A stretch of 64,000 nt of DNA. Source: the human T2T-CHM13v2.0 reference genome, Homo sapiens. Shown one piece after another: positions 15,303 through 26,644 of the stretch (position 1 is the stretch's first letter; every line of letters begins with the position of its first letter). The notes under the pieces were generated by a model, which ran no database searches, was not told the DNA's origin, and saw nothing but the letters and a program-made list of their open reading frames with translations. The stretch lies in NCBI RefSeq assembly GCF_009914755.1, contig NC_060928.1; one strand, given 5' to 3'. A program made the translations under genes and the position numbers.

Positions 15303-15965
15303 TATATCACATGAAAGGAGAAAAAAAATTATCTTTTTTTTGTACTTAAAAAATTTATTTTAGTCAATAATGTAACATAACTTCAGTCAGCAATGTAAAA
15401 TAAAGTATTTTTAGATTCTGAATCTTGTCTTCTCTGTTGGTTGTACAAATTTAATTTCTCATCAAAATTACTTAGCTGTGTTATTTTTCTCCTTAGTTTG
15501 TGGTCAAACTGGATTCATGTAGAGACTTTCAGCTACATCTCATATCAGCCTCTAGGCTTGCATATAAGCCAATAAAAAAAGTCTGAGAAAATTGTAGTAG
15601 TGCAATTATTTTTTCCCTGGAGCTTTAACAGTAATTTTTCAAACGTTTGTTAATGCTTGCAAATTAAATATTTAGTTATATGAGTTCTTATTATAAAAAG
15701 AGAGAAAATGTTGACATTAGTATGTGTTCAAAAATTATTTGCTGGAAATTCAAAAAAGTCACAAGCTAATTTCATTATAAAACATTTTTAAAGCCTCATT
15801 TATTTTATGATTTATAGTGAAGACAACTTAATACCACTTGTATCATAAGAATAAATGGGGATTTTGATTTAAAGCAAGTGATCTTTTTTACACCATCGTA
15901 TCCTTGAAACCTTCAGTGAAATAAAGTATTAAAAGAGTCCTTAAAATTAATATATATTTCAAGCT

Positions 15966-16082
15966 TCACACACATATAATAACAAATATGCACATGCACA
16001 CACACACACACATGTATACACACATACATGTATATATGTGTATATGTCCACTGTATAAGGTATACTGTATACAAATACATAT
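15966..16082. repeat. (CA)n/(TA)n simple repeat
   Basis: Direct inspection. Confidence 0.8.
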
Positions 16083-16477
16083 ATTACTATCGACAAGGTG
16101 GTCAGGATAATTTTGAGTTTCACGATGTTGAGATAAATGAAGTGTTTAAGGAAGATGATAAATTTATCACTTAGATGTAAAAAGCGTTAAATAAGAAAAA
16201 AGACTTGGTGATAATCATTATTTTGATACTCCAGTCATCCTGTTTTCAGTAGGGCTATTGCTAATAATGGCAATGATACTCTGCTGGCTGAGAAGCTAAA
16301 AGGTACAGAAAATGCACAAAAGAATTAGTCTGACTTGTTAGATATCCACCTTATTTTAAGTCTTTTAGGGATTTTAAAAATGAAGCCTTTAAAAATTATT
16401 TATACTTTGTACATACAATTCTCATCAGGTTCTTCCAATTTTTTTTTCTCAGATTCACACTTTACTTTTTTTGTTTT

Positions 16478-16592
16478 AAGTGAAAGCAAATTTATTAGAG
16501 AAGTAAAGAAACAAAAGAAACAAAAGAAACAAAAGACTGCTACTCCATAGGCAGAGCAGTCCTGAGAGCTGCTCGTGGCCTATTTTTATGGT
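16478..16592 (-). mobile_element. ERV1-class LTR fragment (TATA to poly(A) site), polyadenylated
   Basis: AAGTGAAAGCAAATTTATTAGAGAAGTAAAG...GCTACTCCATAGGCAGAGCAG...TATTTTTATGG matches a recalled ERV1 LTR U3/R region. Minus-strand AATAAA at 16491-16496 and A tail at 16466-16477. Confidence 0.75.
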
Positions 16593-17522
16593 TTTTTTTT
16601 TAAATTTTTATTTTAGGTTTGGGGGTACATGTGAAGGTTTTACATCGGTAAACTTGTGCCACAGGGGTTTGTTGTACACATTGTTTCATTACCCAGGTAT
16701 TAAGCCCAGTATCCGATAGTTGTTTTTCCTGCTCCTCTCCCTCCTCCAACCTCCCACCTCAAGTAGACCTCAGTGTCTGTTTCTTTCTTTGTGTTCATAA
16801 GTTCTTATTATTTAGCTCTCACTTTTAAGTGAGAACATGTAATATTTGGTTTTCTGTTCCTGACTTAGTTTGCTAAGGATAATAGCCTCTAGCTCCATCC
16901 ACGTTCCCATAAAAGACATGATCTCCTTCTTTTTACGGCTGCATAGTATTCCATGGTGTCTATGTACCACATTTTCTTTATCCAATCTGTCATTAATGGC
17001 CATTTAAGTTGATTCCATGTGTTTGCTATTGCGAATAGTGCTCCAGTGAACATTCGCATGCATGTGTCTTTACTGTAGAATGTTTTATATTCCTCTGGGT
17101 ATATACCCAATAATGGGATTACTGAGTCAAATGGTATTTCTGCTTTTAGCTCTTAGAGGAATCACCATACTGCTGTCCACAGCGGTTGAACTAATTTACA
17201 CTCCCACCAACAGTGTATAAGTGTTCCCTTTTCTCTACAACCTTGCCACCATCTGTTATTTTTTGACTTTTTAAGAATAGCCATTCTGACTGGTGTGAGG
17301 TGGTATCTCATTGTGGTTTTGATTTGCATTTCTCTAATGATCAGTGGTGTTGAGCTTTTTTCCATGTGCTTGTGGGCTGCATGAATGTCTTCTTTTGAAA
17401 AGTGTTGGCTCATGTCCTTTGCCACTTTGTAATGGGGTTGTTTGTTTTCCTCTTAGGAATTTGTTTAAGTTCCTTATAGATGCTGGATATTAGACCTTTG
17501 ACAGATGCCTCCAGCTTTGTTA
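16593..17522 (-). mobile_element. L1PA14-like 5'-truncated element
   Basis: 3' UTR TTTTAGGTTTGGGGGTACATGTGAAGG...AAGTAGACC. ORF2 C-terminal translations in the track (16889-17110 and 17162-17425, e.g. [20 protein letters not shown]). Confidence 0.9.
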
Positions 17523-18075
17523 TTTTAAGACATTCTTACGGTCCATCTTTATAATACTACGTCCTTGTGTAATTGTGATACACACAGATGGTGCCTTCAA
17601 CTCCAGCTTTTCTTCCTGTTCCAAAGATTTCCTCATCAGGGTAGTAAAAACATCTTCCTCAAATACCCTTCTCCTCCTGACCCCTCATATCAGAATTATG
17701 CCCAACTTCCTACCGATTTATACCCAATTTCCTACTGAAAAACTATAGTCAAATTACGTGCCACTACAACCCAGGTTAGCTAATAAACATATACACTTTT
17801 TTTTTTCTTAGCAGTGTGGTTGCAAGTGTATCAAGTTGGGAATGGTACAGACGTTAGGGAAATTCATTATCTGAATTTCTCTGGGCTTCAAACCGGTAAG
17901 TATAGACAATTCACATTTCACAACAAAATAAGGTACTATTAGATTATAACTCAAAGCATAAAATAAACATCTATGAGTGCAAACTGACCTAAAAAAGTTA
18001 TTGAATAAATGAATGGGGAGAATAGACAAATCTATGAAGAAGAATTCCAAATAACTTATGTAGATAGAACCTTCT

Positions 18076-18717
18076 TGTTTTAGTCAGGGTTCTTCAGAGA
18101 AGCAAACCAACAAAATGTGTGTATGTGTGTGTGTGTATATGTACACACACACAAAAGCATATATACATGTATACATATATACATACATACATGTATACCC
18201 ATATATGTATATATACATATAGACATATGTCTATATGCATATATGTGTATATGTGCATATAGACATGTATAGACATATGTATATGTATCTATACATGCAT
18301 ACACATATACATATATGCAGGTGTACATATATGCACATATATGTATACATACACACATTCATACACATATATGACAGGAGAGAGAGATTTTAAGAAATTA
18401 GTTCATGAGATTATGGAGCCTTGATAAATCCAAAATCTTCAGGGTAGGCTGGCAGTTTGGGGACTCAGGAAAGAGCTGCATTTTGAGTCTGCTGGCAGAA
18501 TTCCTTTTTGCTCAGGAGAGGTCAGTCTTTTCCTGTTAAGGCTTTCAACTGATTGCATAAAAGTTCCACCTGCATTGTGGAAGGTACTATGCTTCACTCA
18601 AAGACCACTAATTTAAATGTTAATCTCATCTAAAAATCACTTTCACAGAAACATCCAGAATAATGTTTGACCAACTATCTGGGCCAGTCAAGTTGACTCA
18701 TAAAATTAACCATCACA
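18076..18717 (-). mobile_element. MLT2B-type ERVL solo LTR with internal microsatellite
   Basis: TGTTTTAGTCAGGGTTCTTCAGAGAAGC at the left end and GTCAAGTTGACTCATAAAATTAACCATCACA at the right end. Confidence 0.9.
18116..18372. repeat. Compound (TG)n/(CATATA)n/(TA)n microsatellite inside MLT2
   Basis: Direct inspection; explains ORFs 18080-18358 and 18094-18276. Confidence 0.92.
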
Positions 18718-21036
18718 TCCCTCAAGGATATCAGTGACAACTCCCCATCCCTTAAATGCAAGCTGTACATAGTGACTTCCTTCCAATGACTACAGTATGA
18801 AAAACTGAGAAAAAGAATAACTTTGCAACAGAGAAACGTGATAAAGCTAGCTCAGTCAGATGATGAGGGTTAACCTCAGCAGTGATAAGTTGTGTTCATA
18901 GTATGTACTCTTGATATGATGTGATGAAAAGGCACTTCATGTCTTTGTTCTTCCTCCACAAAACCCAAAATCCCAATCTAATCATGAAGAAACATCTCAC
19001 AAACTACTATCGATGAGCATTCTACAAAATACCTGATCGATACTTTCTCGAAACAACCAAGGTCATCACAAACTTGAAGATCTTAGAAACTGTCACCGTT
19101 TAGATGTGCCTAAGGAGACATTATGACTGAATATATTGTGGTATTCTGGACAGGATTCTGGAACAGAAAAAAAAAAGTGGCGTTATGTAAAAACTAATAA
19201 ATCTAAATAAGGAATGGACTTTAAATCATAATAATAGAACAGGAATAATTCACTAATTGTGATGAAACTACCACATATACTTCACATGTGAATAGGGGAA
19301 ATTGGGTGTGGGGTATTGGGAAAGTCCTTGCACTGCCTTCACAAAGTTTCTGTAAATCTAAAATTTCTCTAAAATAAGATACTTATTATAAAAAATCAAA
19401 ACAAAAAAATGCACTGACTTTTTTTACATTAGACAGACTTTTAATCAAGAATGTCTAACTCTCACTATTTTATTTTTCTCATTTTTCAAGATGGTAGAGA
19501 AGATGAATTTTAAAATGAATATATAAAGTCAGAAGCAAATTGTCTGGCACATAGTATGTGTTCCATAATGTAAATTTCTGCACTGTACCAATACCTCTTC
19601 ATCAAAAAGTGTTAGTTTTATTTTTATTATTATTACCATTATTTTAAGTAAAAATGCCAACAACTCATTGCAAAGTAACAATAGGTGATTGATTCATTGA
19701 GAAAATTAATTTTATTTAAATCTACAACTCTACTGTATATATTTATTATAATAATCTGCATTAAACATATAATTACTACTGGGAGGGAAGCAATACGTTT
19801 CTCCATGGAGAGTACAAATTTTTAATGTAGGTAATCAATATTCTTGGAACATCCTCAAAAGAAAAGGCTAAAAGGAAAAGAAATCAAATAACCTACCACT
19901 GGCAGCATATGCTGCTGTATACTTAAAAGAATCTTATGTTGAATCTGGCAGTCTCTATGTCATTTACCAGATAAATCTCTTTACCAGACCTCTCAGGTCA
20001 GGTAAAATGCACACCAGACACATTTAAGCCAGACTGCTTCAGTGGAGGAAACACTGTTGGTGGTCACAGACACCAAAGATCCAGGTATAGGAAATTCTGC
20101 ATTAGGCAGTCTCCAATTTATTTCTCCCCTACAGCACCCTCCTCACTCTGCCCCCGTCTTTTGAATTCATGGCTAACATTTTGGATTGCAGACTGATTAG
20201 ACTGTACCTATCCACTCATAAATTTTAAAATAACCACAGATTAAGTGTGTGTTTATAAGCTAGATGTGTTCTTACCTTTCAGACAGATGGCCATGAATTC
20301 AAATAATTTGCTTTGGGGAAATGTAAACATATTTTATCTGTTTGCATCCCAGTCAATGTGAAGCAGCACATACAGCTGGAGTCAGTGCCTACATTGCAAG
20401 CCATGAAATACCCTATGGTTCTTGTTAAAAGAAATTATTTCCAAGTATGTGCCATGTGGCTCATCCCCAAAAACCATTAGATGGTTGAAGTGATGTGCGA
20501 ATAGAGGAGTTTGTATATATATAACAATACATACATGTACAAATAAAATCTTAAATGTGTATTAGAAATAAAAACATCCTAAAAAACTTTAAGAAGGAAC
20601 AAAAAGAAGTATTAAGTGAAACATACATGAATGTCTCAACATTTTATCTTTAGTCCTGATTTTGTATCAAAATTTTTAATAATATAATTTATTTTTACAA
20701 TTTACTTTCCAAAGCCAGTAAAGGATTTCTATATTATCCAACGTGACTTACTTCAAGCCAGTTATTTTTAAAATTTTGATGAATATTTCTTATAAGAGTA
20801 ATATTAAGCATTCTCAGCTTAGTATTAATATCTATCTCTATACTTAAATGCATATCTCATCAATTTATATTTCTTTCCATTGGCATATAAATGTAAACAA
20901 CTGATATAATAATATATTAAGTCATAAGACACTTTCCATTACATGAGACACATTAATGGCCACTAACGCATTTACTTATCTTCACAATTCTGTGAAATAA
21001 TTGAAAACAGCCATCACCCTTTGCACTTCATAACCA

Positions 21037-21280
21037 ATAATAACATACTTCTAGAGTTCTTAAGATGTTCTAAAAACTCTTTTAAGTATTTTAAAAATAT
21101 TAAATATTTTAATCCTCATACAACCCCATAAGGTAGTATATTATCTTAGTTTTACGAATAGAAAAATTGAGGCACAGAGAATTGACATATTTTGTGCAAG
21201 TTCATGCAGAGAACAAACACAAGATCTGATGTTCAGATACAGGCAGTGTGGCTCCAAAGTTTGGGTCTGGAAATTATGTT
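21037..21280 (-). mobile_element. MIR SINE
   Basis: TTTAATCCTCATACAACCCCATAAGGTAG...GAAAAATTGAGGCACAGAGA core. Confidence 0.75.
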
Positions 21281-21448
21281 ATATTGTCTTTTATAGGATA
21301 AAGTACAAAAACAATCAACAATGAAACAAACAAACACACAAAAAATGGTATTGAATAAACAGCTTAAACTCACAGCGCCAATTACTGATGTGTTTGGGGT
21401 TTTGTGCAATTCAACATTAGGGGTTTTTTTTTTTAATTAAAACAAATT

Positions 21449-21640
21449 TTGGGTTTAAATTCAGGTCCTATCATTTGAGAGCTGTGTGTATACTTGCGGA
21501 AGTTGCTTATTTCCTCCAATCTTATCCCCTATTTTCAAAATAAGGAGGACAATACCTATTTCATTAATTTCCATAATTAAATGTGTTAGCCTATGTAAAA
21601 CACTTGGTACATAATAAATTGCCAAGAAATAATAGCTAAG
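21449..21640 (+). mobile_element. MIR SINE
   Basis: GGGTTTAAATTCAGGTCCTATCATTTGAGAGCTGTGTG...TGTAAAACACTTGGTACATAATAA. Confidence 0.65.
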
Positions 21641-23821
21641 TACACTCTTCTGGATTGGAAAAGCAGATTTAAGAAAATTTAATTGAGAATTAAAATATTT
21701 CACAGCAAGTCTTAATTTAGTTTTAGCTTTTTAACAAATAATATGCTTTCCCAATATATCTAAAGGTTCCAAGGTTGAATAAGTCCACAAATGTAGTGAT
21801 ATTGTTAGATATAATCACCTATATATAGTCACAATATTTTCACCATTAATAATTAAACACAGACTGGGAGGCAGAGCAAGATGGTGGAAGACAAAACTCC
21901 ACCAATTATTCCCCCTGCAAGGACCCCAAGTTAGTAACTATCTACACAGATAGAACTCCTTCATAAGAACCAAAAATCAGGTGAGCATTCATGGTACCTT
22001 GTTTTAGCTTCATATTGCTGACAAAGATACTGAAGAGATAGAAAAAACTGTTCTGAATCGCTGACACCACCTTTCCATTACCCTGGCAGCAGATGGATTG
22101 TGCTGAGAGCATCTCTGAGCACTGGGAGAAGGAGAACACAGCAACTGTGAGGCATTGAACTCAGTGCTGTCCTGCTACAGCAGAAAGGAAACCAGAACCA
22201 AACTCAGCTGACTCTACCCACAGATGGGGCATTTAAACCAGCCATAGCCAGGGAGAATCACTGATCCAGCTGTCTGAAATTGAGTGACCACAATCCTTGC
22301 CACCAAGGGCCAAAGTGCTCTTGGTCTCTAAGTAAACTTGAAGGGCAGTCCAAGCCATAAGGACTACAACCCCTAGGCAAATCCTAGTGGTGAACTAGGC
22401 CCAGGGACAGTGGACTGGAGGGGCATGTGACATACTGAGACACCAGCCAGGGCAGCCAGGGAAGTACTAGCATCATGCCTCCCAGCTCATGGCTCCAAAA
22501 GAGACCCCTTCCTTTGGCTTGAGGAAAGGGAAGAGTGAGGAGGACTTTGTCTTGCATTTTGGATACCAACTCAGCCATAGCAGAATAGGGCACTGGTCAA
22601 AGTTGTGAAGCCTCTGTTTCAGGGCCTGGCTTCCAGATGACATTTCTAGACACACCCTGGAACAGAAGGAAAGCTGCTGTCTTGAAGGAAAGGACCCAGT
22701 CCTGCTGGTATTCATCACCTGCTAACTGAAGAGCACTTGAGCCCTGAATAACCAGCAGCGATACCCAGGTACTACATTGAGGGCCTTGGGAAGCTTCTGA
22801 GATTTGCTGGCTTCAGGTGAGACTCAGAACATTACCACCTATGGTGTCTACATGTCAAAACTCCTTCTGCCTGAGAAAAGCATAGAGAAAATTAAAGGGA
22901 CTTTGTCTTGTACCTTAAGTACCAACACTGCCACAGGGGGCTAGAGCACCAAGTGGGCTCTTTGGGTTACTGATTTTAGGATTTGACTCTTGGACAGCAT
23001 TTCTGGACCTGGCCTAGGCCAGAGGGAAGCCCACTGCCAGGGTGAGTCCCAGGCTGTGCAGCATTCACCACAAGCTGATTTAAGAGATCTTGGGCCTTAA
23101 AGAGACATCGATGGTATCCAGGCAGTGCCCTCCCTAGCCAGAGGTGGCAGTGGCTAGAGGGTGAGGATCCTCTGCCTTTGGAAAGGGAAAGAAAGAGTGG
23201 GAAGGACTGAGTCTTGTGGTATGAGTGTCAGCTCAGCCACAGCACAATAGAATACCAGGTAGGTTTCTAAGGTTTTTGACTCTAGTTCCTGAATCCCAGA
23301 TGGAACTTATGAACCCATCCAGGGCCTGAGGACCTCATCGCCCTAAAGGCAGAAACACAGTGGCTTTGTCACCTGCTGATTGTAGAGCCGCAGGGTCTTG
23401 AGCAAACAAAGGCAGTAGCCAGGGAGTGTTTACAGCAGGCCTTGGGCAAGACCCAGCACTGTGCTGGTTTCAGGTCTTCTGACCCAAGGCATTCATAGTG
23501 GTGGTGGCACAAGGGTGCTTGTGTTACTCCAACCCCAGGTTTAGGTGGCCCAGAAAGGAGTCATACACAGATTCTGTATGTTTGGGAGAAAGTAAAGGAA
23601 GAGAACAAAAGAACTCTTCTGGATGTTGTCCAAGACCATCAAGGTGGTACCTCTATGGGTCTGCAAGAACCACAGCATCACTTGGCTTGGGGTACCCCAT
23701 AAAACAGAAACAGCTTATATCACAACAACCAAGTCCTTGCAAATGTCTGGAAAGCCATCCCGAAAAGGACAGCTACAAAAAGCCCCCAAAATAAAGACTA
23801 CAATAAGTATCTAACTCTTTA

Positions 23822-25330
23822 ATGCCCAGACACTGAATAACATTTATAAGGATCAACACCATCCAGGAAAACATGACCTCACCAAATGAACAAAATAATC
23901 ATGCTGCTATAAAGACACATGCACACGTATGTTTATTGTGGCATTATTCACAATAGCAAAGACTTGGAACCAACCCAAATGTCCAACAATGATAGACTGG
24001 ATTCAGAAAATGTGGCACATATACACCATGGAATACTATGCAGCCATAAAAAATGATGAGTTCGTGTCCTTTGTAGGGACATGGATGAAATTGGAAATCA
24101 TCATTCTCAGTAAACTATCACAAGAACAAAAAACCAAACACGGCATATTCTCACTCATAGGTGGGAATTGAACAATGAGATCACATGGACACAGGAAGGG
24201 GAATATCACACTCTGGGGACTGTGGTGGGGTGGGGGGAGGGGGGAGGAATAGCATTGGGAGATATACCTAATGCTAGATGACACATTAGTGGGTGCAGCG
24301 CACCAGCATGGCACATGTATACATATGTAACTAACATGCACAATGTGCACATGTACCCTAAAACTTAAAGTATAATAAAAAAAAATAAATAAATAAAAAA
24401 TAAAAAAATAAAACAAGAGGACCAAGAAAAAAAAAAAAAGAAAGAAACCAAGGACCAATCCTGGAGAAACAGAGATATGTGACCTTTCAGATAGGGAATT
24501 CAAAATAGCTATGTTGAAGAAACTCAGAGAAATTCAAGATAAGACAGAGAAGGAGTTTAGAATTCTGTCAGATACATTTAACAAAGAGATTGAAATAACT
24601 TAAAAGAATTAAGCAAAAATTCTGGAGCTGAAAAATGTAACTGGCATACTAAAAAAAATGCATCAGAGTCATTTAATAGCAGAATGGACCAAACAGAAGA
24701 CAGAATTAGTGAGCTTGAAGATAGGCTATTTAAAAATATGCAGTCAGAGAAGACAAAAGAAAAAAGAATATAAAGCAATGAAGCACACCTACAAGAACTA
24801 GAAAATAGCTTTAAAGGGGCAAATCTAAGAGTTGTTGGCGTTAAAAAGGATAAAGACAAGGAAATAGGAGTAGAAAGTTTATTCAAAGTGTTAATAACAA
24901 AGAACATTACAAAACTAGAGAAAAATATCAATATCCAAGTACAAGAAGGTTATAGAACAACAAGCAGATTTAACTGAAAGAAAACTACCTCAAGGCATTT
25001 TATAATCAGACTCCCAAAGGTCAAGGATAAAGAATAGATCCTAAAAGCAGCAGGAGAAAATAAACAAATATCATACAATGAAGCTCTAATACATCTGGCA
25101 TCAGACTTTTCAGTGGATACCTTATGGGCCAGGAGAAAGTGGCATGACACATATAAAATGCTGAAAGAAAAAAAAAAAAAGACTTTTACCCTAGAATAGA
25201 ATATCCAGCAAAAATATCCCTCACACATGAAAGAGAAATGAAGACTTCCAGGCAAACAAAAGCTGAGGGACTTCAGTATCAGGCATGTCCTACAAGAAAT
25301 GCTAAAGGGGTACTTAGAAAGCAAATAAAA
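23822..25330 (+). pseudogene. L1MA1 ORF1 remnant (disrupted by a young L1 insertion, stops and frameshifts)
   Basis: ATGCCCAGACAC start region, coiled-coil segment (GAATTAGTGAGCTTGAAGATAGG) and C-terminal CCTAGAATAGAATATCCAGCAAAAATATCC. Confidence 0.75.
23897..24440 (+). mobile_element. Young 5'-truncated L1 (L1HS/L1PA2 boundary; ACA/A diagnostics)
   Basis: Near-consensus young L1 ORF2 end (track 23929-24171 MFIVALFTIAKTWNQPKCPTMIDWI...) and 3' UTR. ACA at 24283-24285, A at 24368, long A-rich tail. Confidence 0.93.
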
Positions 25331-25860
25331 TTAATGAACAATAAATACTCACCTGAAGGTACAAAACTTACTAGTAATAGCAACTACATAGAAAAACACA
25401 GGCTATTATAACACTGTAACTGTGGTGTTTAAACTGCTCTGATCTTAAGTAGGATGGCTAAACAATAAACAAATAAAAATAATAACTACAACTTTTCAAG
25501 ACATAGTACAAAGAGATATGAATAGATAAGATAAAAAGTTAAAAAGCGAGGGTAGTGAGGGGATAAAATCACCCCCCTGCCCCCATGGGAAGAGCCAAAA
25601 AATATTTGACTGATAGCCCTAGTGATTTACCATAAAAGTTCTTAAGTTAAACAATCACATTCTTATCATGGTCACATTTTACCACTATTTTCATTCATAA
25701 GTTATTTTTTTACATTGATGTGATCTTTAAACCTAGCTAAAATGTCACTATACTGAATGATATTATTTGGAAACTTATGATTATTTTCATAGATTTAAGG
25801 TTTTATTTTTAAATAATACTGCATCTGTGTTTATCTTTTATTTCCAATGATCATGTTCAC

Positions 25861-26644
25861 TTTATTTCTTTAATCTTTATTTTAGGTTTGGGGGTACATG
25901 TGTAGGTTTGTTACATAGGTAAGCATGTGTCATGGGGGTCTGTTGTACAGATTATTTCATCACCCACGTATTAAGCTCAGTACCCAATAGTTCCTCCCCT
26001 TCCTCCTACCCTTCACCCTCAAGTAGACCACAGGGTCTGTTGTTTCCTTCATTGTGGTTATAATTTCTTATTATTTAGTTCTCACTTATAAGTGAGAACA
26101 TGTAATATTTGATTTTCTCTTCCTGACTTAGTTTGCTAAGGATGATAGCCTCCAGCGCAATCCATATTCCTACAAAAGACATGATCTCATTCTTTTTTAG
26201 TATTCCATGGTGCATATATACTACATTTTCTTTATCCAGCCTGTCACTGATGGGCATTTAGATTGATTCCATGTCTTTGTTATAGTGAATAGTGCTGCAA
26301 TGAATATTTTTATGCACGTGCCTTTATGGTAAAATGATTTATATTTCTCTGAGTATATACCTAGTAATGGGATTGCTGAGCCAAATGGTATTTCTGCTTT
26401 TAGCTCTGAGCGATCACAATACTGTTTTCCACAATGGTTGAATTAATTTGCACTCCCATCAACAGTGAATAAATGTTCTCTTTTCTCCACAGCCTTGCCA
26501 GCATCTGTTATTTTCTGACTTTTTAAGAATAGCCATTCTGACTGGTGCGAGATGGTATCTCATTGTGGTTTTGATTTTCATTTCTCTAATAATCAGTGTT
26601 GTTGAATTTTTTATCATATGCTTGGTGGCCACATGTATGTCTTC
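25861..26644 (-). mobile_element. L1PA14-like 3' fragment inside the L1MA1 inter-ORF spacer
   Basis: TTTTAGGTTTGGGGGTACATGTG...AAGTAGACC...TTCTGCTTTTAGCTCT; same type as 16593-17522. Confidence 0.9.

Larger units (their letters stand above)
17905..19400 (+). mobile_element. L1MD-type 3' UTR (split by an MLT2 LTR)
   Basis: GAAGAATTCCAAATAACTTATGTAGATA before the LTR continues as CCCTCAAGG...CATAGTGACTTCCTTCCAA...TGTAAATCTAAAATTTCTCTAAAATAA after it. Confidence 0.8.

Noticed and set aside
20271-20600. Possible minus-strand exon (GAAAG|GTAAG donor near 20276, TTTTTTAG acceptor near 20579)
   Set aside because: No sustained ORF and no partner exons; such sites are common in AT-rich DNA. Transcript data would be needed.
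21037-21640. Inverted MIR pair as a hairpin or miRNA precursor
   Set aside because: The copies are too diverged and about 170 bp apart; stable pairing is not evident.
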